Shown: positions 57,801 to 64,000 of the stretch, in pieces
Layout: every line of letters starts with the position of its first letter
Position numbering within the stretch: the stretch's first letter is position 1
Origin: Tubulanus polymorphus
Lineage: Eukaryota; Animalia; Nemertea
Assembly (NCBI RefSeq): GCF_964204645.1
Contig: NC_134025.1
Coordinates: forward strand, 18,327,101 to 18,391,100
Direction of reading: 5' to 3'
Length of the DNA stretch: 64,000 nt
Position numbers and translations under genes: made by a program
The notes under the pieces: model-generated
What the model was told of the DNA's origin: nothing
What the model saw: only the letters and a program-made list of their open reading frames with translations
The model's database searches: none

Positions 57801-58367
57801 TATCAAACGCACCACGGCGGTCGGAGTAACGCTTGGATTCTTAATGTTAAAAATATTCTTGTAAAAAATGGTCTCGGCCACGCTTGGGAAACTCAATCTG
57901 TACCCAGTGCTAATTATCTTTATAGTATTTTGAAACAGAGACTCATGGATCAGTATGCACAAGGCTGGCACTCCAAGGTCAACGAAACACCAATTTGCTT
58001 AACCTACAAGCGTTTTAAAAACTGTTTTAAATTCGAAGAGTACCTGACCAAATTACCCCCCAGTCTCCGCCTAGCCTTGTGTCGATTCAGATGCTCGAAC
58101 CATAAGTTACCTGTTGAAATCGGTAGATATCGCCAGATTGAGCGAAACAATAGAATTTGTCAGAAATGTCATTTGGCAGCAACTGGAGACGAATTCCATT
58201 TTCTTTTAGTATGTCCCTTTTTTCAAAGCCTGAGAAACAAATTTATACCTAGTTACTACTGGCGACATCCCAATGAAAATACCTTACATAACCTTTTCTG
58301 TTCGAGAGGTAAAACTTTGCTCAATCTGGCGAAATTCATTAAAAAAGGTATCAAATCATTTACCTAA
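54900..58367 (+). pseudogene. LINE ORF2 (AP endonuclease, RT, C-terminal CCHC)
   Basis: TINVCGL, GDFNA, VDY, SDVH; QAGFR, FIDYKKAFD, GVRQGENLSP, YADD, KYLG, C..C..DEFHFLLVC; several frameshifts. Confidence 0.92.
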
Positions 58368-58655
58368 TATAGTGTATAATTATCGGATCTCGATACTACA
58401 ATTCCGCCTCATCTTTTGCAGTATAATTTCATTATAATTATAATTATCATTATCATAAGTATTATATTACTGCTATCACCATTATTATTATTTTTACTAT
58501 TATCATAATTGTTATTATTATAAATATAATTATCATTAATAATATCATTATATTTTTTGTAATATGCTGTAATCTATGCGCTACTTTTGTGCTCTGTGCA
58601 ATGTTATTATAACTTGTGGAGTGAATAAACTAAACTGAAACTGAATAACAATGAT

Positions 58656-60794
58656 GTGTCGTTTCTGATGTCTAAATCGAAAGTTGCTCCAGTCAAGCCG
58701 ATAACTATTCCAAGACTGGAACTGTTAGCATCGCTAGTTACTGCAAGATTAGCCGATCATTTAATGTCGAGTTTAAAATCGAGGATTCCGAGATTGATTT
58801 GCGTATTATGGTCTGACAATCAGGCTGTTCTCACGTGGATCATGTCGCCTCATAATATGAAATTGGATAGATTTGTTTCGAATCGTATCGCGGAGATTAA
58901 ACGTTTGACTGGTAATTTTCAATGGAGATATTGCCCGTCGAGTGATAACCCCGCTGACATTGTATCACGAGGATCGAATCTACGATGTTTGCAGGATTCG
59001 AAGCTGTGGTGGCATGGACCGGAATGGCTACCTAATGAAGAACTTTGGCCTAAGTGGACAATATCAAACAATAGTCGGGATAGTTGTGAAATTCCCAGTA
59101 CTGAAGATTGTTTTCTGAGTACAAATAGTGTGGTATCGATACCCGAGTCTGGATTATCTGTTGTTATAGATATGAGTCGATACTCATCACTAAATAGACT
59201 TAAGCGTATTACAGCTTGGATATATCGTTTTATTAACAACGTTAAGGATACAACTAACCGTAAAACTGGAGGTTTGACAGCTCGTGAGCTTAAATTCGCG
59301 GAACTTCAGTGGATGAAAGACAGTCAGAGAGCTTCATATAGTACTGTTTTATCAGATTTAGTAAATGGTCGTAAGTCTAAACAACAGATTGTTGGACAAC
59401 TACAGTTAAGACTAGATGATAATTCGTTAATTCGTGTTGGCGGTCGTATTGATAACTCTACTATGGCTGATTCGGCTAAGTTTCCGATTCTGTTGCCAAA
59501 GAATCATTTCACGGAGTTATACGTTCGACCTAATCATATAGATTGTGTGGAACATTTAGCTACAAATTCCACTATAGCTGCTATACGACAGAATGTTTGG
59601 ATTACGCAGATTCGTCCGTTTGTGAAGAGACTTCTTAAGAACTGTTTACCATGTAGAAAACAAAACGCTCGCTGTTTTGGTGCGCCAGAAACTCCTCCTT
59701 TGCCATGGTTTCGAGTAAAAGAACAGTTACCGTTTGAGACTACGGGTGTTGATCTAACTGGTCATTTTAACGTTAAAACTCAAGCTGGAGTTATTAAGTG
59801 TTATATATGTCTTTTCACGTGCGCCGTGACCAGAGGAGTTCACTTAGAGTTAGTTATGGATAATAGCACCGAATCGTTTATTCGTGCTTTACGTAGATTT
59901 GCTGGTAGAAGATCACAGCCTTCTCTGATATTATCAGATAACGCATCTAACTTTGTTGGTGCTAGCAAGGAGCTAGATGATTTATTTAAAACTGAATTAT
60001 TACAGGATTACTTATCAACGAAAGGAATAATTTGGAAAAGAATTCCTAAAAAATCCCCATGGTTCGGCGGATTTTGGGAAAGACTTATAGGTGTTACTAA
60101 ATCGTGTTTAAAAAAGGTGATGGGACGTTCTTTAGTTACTTATGATGAGTTTATGACATTATTAATCGAGATAGAAGCCGCTATCAACGATAGACCGTTA
60201 ACGTCTGTATCGGATGACATTAATGACTTTGAGCCTATCACTCCGTCTGCGCTTATGATGGGTCGTCGTATTACATCGTTACCGGAACCGTTCGTTAGAG
60301 ATGATCAGGTTACAGATCCTGATTATGAACCGACTCCTGGATTATTATCTAAACGTGCGTCTAAACTTGCCTTGTTGTTAAAGCATTTTTGGATACGTTG
60401 GAAGACTGAATATCTAACGTCGTTACGGGAATACTATTCTAAAACTAGTAAATCAGGAAATGTGATTAAAATCGGCAGTGTTGTTCTCATACACGATTCT
60501 GATCAACCGAGGATTAAATGGAAATCGGCGTTAGTTACTAACTTGTTGCCCGGGAGGGACGGATTAGTTCGTGTTGCTAACCTCAAAACAGCTAATGGTC
60601 ATACGAACAGGCCGGTTACTAGACTCGTACCGCTTGAAATAAACGCAGATCCTGACTTTGCTTGTTCGTGTGAGTCGAAAGATGATAATAATGTTGTAAA
60701 TAGTGATAACGAAACTGGACTTGCAGTTAGACCAACGAGAAAAGCTGCTATTGAAGCTAAAACTAGAATTAGTGAAATACTTAAGATGGACTAG
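58656..60794 (+). CDS. pol: BEL pol C-terminal part (RNase H end plus integrase)
   Basis: SKVAP..TIPRLEL, DNPAD, WWHGP, GVDLTG, SDNASNF, GGFWERLIG, RPVTRLVPLE. Confidence 0.93.
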   Translation: MSFLMSKSKVAPVKPITIPRLELLASLVTARLADHLMSSLKSRIPRLICVLWSDNQAVLTWIMSPHNMKLDRFVSNRIAEIKRLTGNFQWRYCPSSDNPADIVSRGSNLRCLQDSKLWWHGPEWLPNEELWPKWTISNNSRDSCEIPSTEDCFLSTNSVVSIPESGLSVVIDMSRYSSLNRLKRITAWIYRFINNVKDTTNRKTGGLTARELKFAELQWMKDSQRASYSTVLSDLVNGRKSKQQIVGQLQLRLDDNSLIRVGGRIDNSTMADSAKFPILLPKNHFTELYVRPNHIDCVEHLATNSTIAAIRQNVWITQIRPFVKRLLKNCLPCRKQNARCFGAPETPPLPWFRVKEQLPFETTGVDLTGHFNVKTQAGVIKCYICLFTCAVTRGVHLELVMDNSTESFIRALRRFAGRRSQPSLILSDNASNFVGASKELDDLFKTELLQDYLSTKGIIWKRIPKKSPWFGGFWERLIGVTKSCLKKVMGRSLVTYDEFMTLLIEIEAAINDRPLTSVSDDINDFEPITPSALMMGRRITSLPEPFVRDDQVTDPDYEPTPGLLSKRASKLALLLKHFWIRWKTEYLTSLREYYSKTSKSGNVIKIGSVVLIHDSDQPRIKWKSALVTNLLPGRDGLVRVANLKTANGHTNRPVTRLVPLEINADPDFACSCESKDDNNVVNSDNETGLAVRPTRKAAIEAKTRISEILKMD

Positions 60795-60877
60795 CTGTTC
60801 AGTAAAATTGAGTTGTGGATTAAAACTTTCATTATCTTTATATGTGTGTTTAAGTTAACATTTTCTCCCTGGGAGGA

Positions 60878-61115
60878 TGTCGGGGATTTGTATAAGGGTT
60901 AATTACAGCTAGGGGGTTAACGTTCTGTTTGGCTGGTCAGTGTACAGGTGGATGCACGCTGGCTATTGGTTAGTTGTGACAATTGGGTCAGGGGCTTAGT
61001 CAGTCTTTATATCAATGTATTATAGAGTATAAGTTTAGTTGGCAAATAAAGTGTGTGGAGATCACACAGACATTTATATTGAACCACGTCTTGACTTCTC
61101 ATAGATTTACCCACA
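60878..61115 (+). repeat. BEL 3' LTR
   Basis: Follows the PPT and is followed by TSD CAACG. Confidence 0.95.
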
Positions 61116-61260
61116 CAACGTGTTGAGACTTGTAAATTATAAGGCTTGTGATTGGCTAGTGTAGTTTTCTAGAACCATCTAGAACCATTTAGAATCAACA
61201 TATATTACGCAATACTCAGCGTGTTGAGACTTGTAAATTATGAGACTTGTGATTGGATAG

Positions 61261-61382
61261 AGTAATAGGGAATAAGTTGTTTCAAGTCAAAGGTTGAAAG
61301 GTCGGAAAATAAATTCGAGTGTGCGAGGATTTATTTTTCGACCTTTTGACCTTTGGCTTGAAACAACTTATTCCCTATTACT
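61261..61382. repeat. 122-bp hairpin at the P1 right terminus
   Basis: 54-bp arms AGTAATAGGG../..CCCTATTACT with 4 mismatches and a 14-nt loop. Confidence 0.85.
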
Positions 61383-62060
61383 AACACTGTCCCGTGAGGG
61401 GACCCGATTCAACTTACTGTCCCGTTAGAGGACCCGATTCAACACACAGTCCCGGAGAAGACCCGAATCAACTTACTGTCCCATGAGAGGACCCGCTTTT
61501 AAATACTGTCCCGTGAGAAGACCCGATTTTGAATACTGTCCCGAGGGAGGACTCGATTCAACACACTGTCCCGTGAGCCGGAGAACCCGAATCAACTTAC
61601 TGTCCCGTGAGAGGACCCGAATCAACTTACTGTCCCGTGAGAGGGCCCGATTCAACACACTGTCCCGTGAGAGGACCCAGATCAACTTAATGTCGCGTGA
61701 ATTTTTAGTGTATAGACTGAATCATACTATCGAAAATAAAGTTAATGTATCTTGACAAGTTTGGTGCCAATGGTGTTAGTAACCGTTTGTTAAGCGTTAC
61801 ACTGCAAACAAAAGTAAAATTGAAGGGGGCAACTTAATGGCCCTAGATCACTCTCGAGAGAGAATTCAAAGTGAGAGGACCCGAATCAACTAACTCTCCC
61901 GTGGGAGGACCTGATTAAATACAATCCCGCGAGAAGACCCGATTTTGAATACTGTCCCGTGAGTGGACTCGATTCAACACACTGTCCCGTGAGAGGACCC
62001 GATTCTAAATACTGTCCCGTGAGAGGACCCGATTTTAAATACTCTCCCGTGAGAGGACCG
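61383..62060 (+). repeat. ~32-34-bp minisatellite (ACTGTCCCGTGAGAGGACCCGATTCAAC)
   Basis: About 15 diverged units; related motifs at 10160-10220. Confidence 0.9.
61700..61870 (+). repeat. ~170-bp short interspersed repeat, copy 2, inserted in the minisatellite
   Basis: Matches 10416-10590; GTGA on both flanks. Confidence 0.75.
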
Positions 62061-62193
62061 ACCCGCATTATGAGAATGCCGGTTTGCTAGCGTATCTATT
62101 TAACACCCGTATTGCTCTGGTTAGTTTTACTCGGGTGGCGCTGTATGTAAATTTCACATAAATTAACGACTTTCGGCTATTAGCGGTACTTAA

Positions 62194-62976
62194 AGGCTGG
62201 CTTATGTCGACAAGCAACGCGACGCCTACCGACGCAACTGGGTTTATCGCCGACTAGCGGCAACTAGCGGCAACTAGCGGCCTGAGAGGCCGCCAGTTGC
62301 TCCTCAATCGGTTCGACATAAGCCGGCTTGCGTCGGCAACGCGACGCCTACCGACTCGTCGCAAGCCGTATCCGGCTAGTTGCCCATGTTCTACTCCGGC
62401 CAACGGTAGGCGGGCAGTTGCTTTCGATCGCAGCCGACATAAGCCGACGACGCGACGGGGTTCCAGCCAATGAGAGACATATACATAGTACAAATCATCA
62501 CCGCTAGTTAGCGTCATTCGTAATTAGTCATAAACTTTCAAATTCAAGTAGTTCAAAACGTAAACCACACCTTTAGTACGGCAGAGGACTGGACCGAAGA
62601 TCTAGAAACGAAATTGGTAGAATTATGGTGTGAGCGGCCATCTTTATAGATGTCGCTAGCACGTTGTATTCAAAACAGAATCAGAAAGATCAAAGTCTTA
62701 AAGAAATAGCTTTTCTAATAGAAATATATTTCCTAATAATTCAAATTTATTCTCAAAGTGCTTATCACGTGACCATTTGAGCCGTTGCAGTTGCTAGTAA
62801 TCGCAACCGACATAAGCAGGGAAGCAACTGGGATGATCTCATATCCCGCTAGTCGGCCTCAGTTGCTGCGAATCGGAGCGCAGTCGACATAAGCTGGGCT
62901 GCGATCGCGGTTGCTCTCGCAGTTGCGTCGGTAGGAGTCGGTAGGCGTTGCGTTGCTTGTCGACATAAGCCAGCCT
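62194..62976. mobile_element. PIF/Harbinger-like MITE
   Basis: TIR AGGCTGGCTTATGTCGACAAGCAACGC; TAA on both flanks; internal CGACATAAGC repeats. Confidence 0.8.
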
Positions 62977-64000
62977 TAAGACCACTTGAAAACATCATAG
63001 TCAATTACGGTAGTAGTGAAAATAAAAAGATACAGTACAAAGCTACAGTAGGCCCCTACGGTGTACAGTTAGGGACATGATTCCAAGCACCATAGCACCC
63101 ATACCAGAGACATTTTATTCAGACTAAGGACTATTAGTTTAACACTGATCTTCATTTCCATTAATTAATGATCTGTTGAATTAATTAGTAATTTCGTCTT
63201 TCGGTGTTCGAGATAAAATGCCGGCAAAATAGGAACCTAACGAACCAGGGCTGACCACAGTCAAATTGCCCAACAGATAGATTTTCGAAACGACACAATC
63301 CAATTATGTTTGGTATCAAATAACTCGTGCGTGGACCTTGTCTATTAACTGGCCAATGCATGACCAGTACTAGCCATATAGTAAATTATTTGTTTTGCAA
63401 TCAATAAAGTTGTTTGGTGTCAAATAACTAGATATGATGTGGACATTAATCTAAAAATTGTTTAACTGACCAATGCTTGACCAGTACTGACCAGTTACCA
63501 GTGCTTACCAGAGCCCACCATAAGTAATTTATATGTTTAGTATTAGTAAGTAATAAAATCGTGTTGGGCATCGAGCGACTAGATATGGTGCGGGCTATGA
63601 TCTAACAACTATTTAACTGACCAATTTTTGACCAATACTGACCACATAGCTATATGGATCTGTTTCGGAAACAACTTAGTCGTGTCTGGTATCAAATGAT
63701 TTCATTTGGCCTGAACGTAAATATAACAACTCTTTTATGTGTACAAGCTAAATCAGTACTGTCTAATTACCGGTTGAATGTTTTTAGAAATGACACGGGG
63801 TATTGCCCGAATCCTTCGTTAGTACTACTAGCTCTTAAATTTAACTCTGTCGCTAGAAAAGTCTAGTCCGATTTTTGTTGTAGGTAGCGAGCTAACTTTG
63901 AAATTTCCCACTAAATGCATAAGATGTTTACGTAGGGTTTTGAACGAACAACGTTTCGATTTGTTATTGTAACGTTCGCATTTGAGCCTGTAACGTGCAC

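Larger units (their letters stand above)
53222..58645 (+). mobile_element. Full-length LINE (APE-RT, probably RTEX-like) inside BEL RNase H
   Basis: 5' CAAGATGGCGG motif, ORF1, ORF2, ATT-rich 3' UTR, AATAAA and (AAACTG)n tail; BEL frame AYIVQ|NNDVSFLMSKSKVAP resumes. No clear TSD; clade is inference. Confidence 0.9.
33561..61115 (+). mobile_element. BEL/Pao LTR retrotransposon carrying Polinton P2 and a LINE
   Basis: LTRs 33561-33799 and 60878-61115 (TG..CA, ~97% identical by eye); 5-bp TSD CAACG; PBS-like TGGTCCCTCGGAGCGCGGA; PPT GGGAGGA; gag-PR-RT-RH-IN motifs. Confidence 0.96.
10610..61382 (+). mobile_element. Polinton/Maverick P1, degraded; right TIR split by later insertions
   Basis: Left IR 10610-10890 matches the reverse complement of 20233-20268 + 33429-33560 + 61121-61327. 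The right end finishes ATTACT at 61382. Carries pPolB, integrase, ATPase and penton relics. The outermost left end is missing, so no TSD can be checked. Confidence 0.8.

Noticed and set aside
61383-62060. CRISPR-like array and its short ORFs
   Set aside because: Degenerate minisatellite without spacers; the ORFs are incidental.

Overview
Eukaryotic, most likely invertebrate animal, repeat-dense DNA; I recognise no host gene. The window opens with an intron-containing pogo/Tigger-type transposase relic, a Gypsy 3' half and MITEs (1-10.6 kb). About 51 kb is then one nested stack. A decayed Polinton/Maverick (P1, ~10610-61382) has two insertions in its right inverted repeat. The first is a Penelope-like element, itself split by a 10.5-kb near-perfect palindromic element with Polinton ends and a 6-bp TSD (20861-31391). 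The second is a BEL/Pao LTR retrotransposon (33561-61115) carrying a complete-ended 16-kb Polinton (P2, 34966-51056) and a full-length LINE. P2 is the highlight: its protein-primed PolB holds a 355-aa LAGLIDADG intein in motif C (P1 has the empty allele), it encodes a protein resembling poxvirus late transcription factor VLTF-3 (A2L), and most genes start at a T-run/TAAATG motif like poxvirus late promoters. This suggests, by inference only, an endogenous virophage-like parasite of a pox-like cytoplasmic virus with a palindromic non-autonomous satellite. All protein calls come from motif recognition by eye, not database searches.
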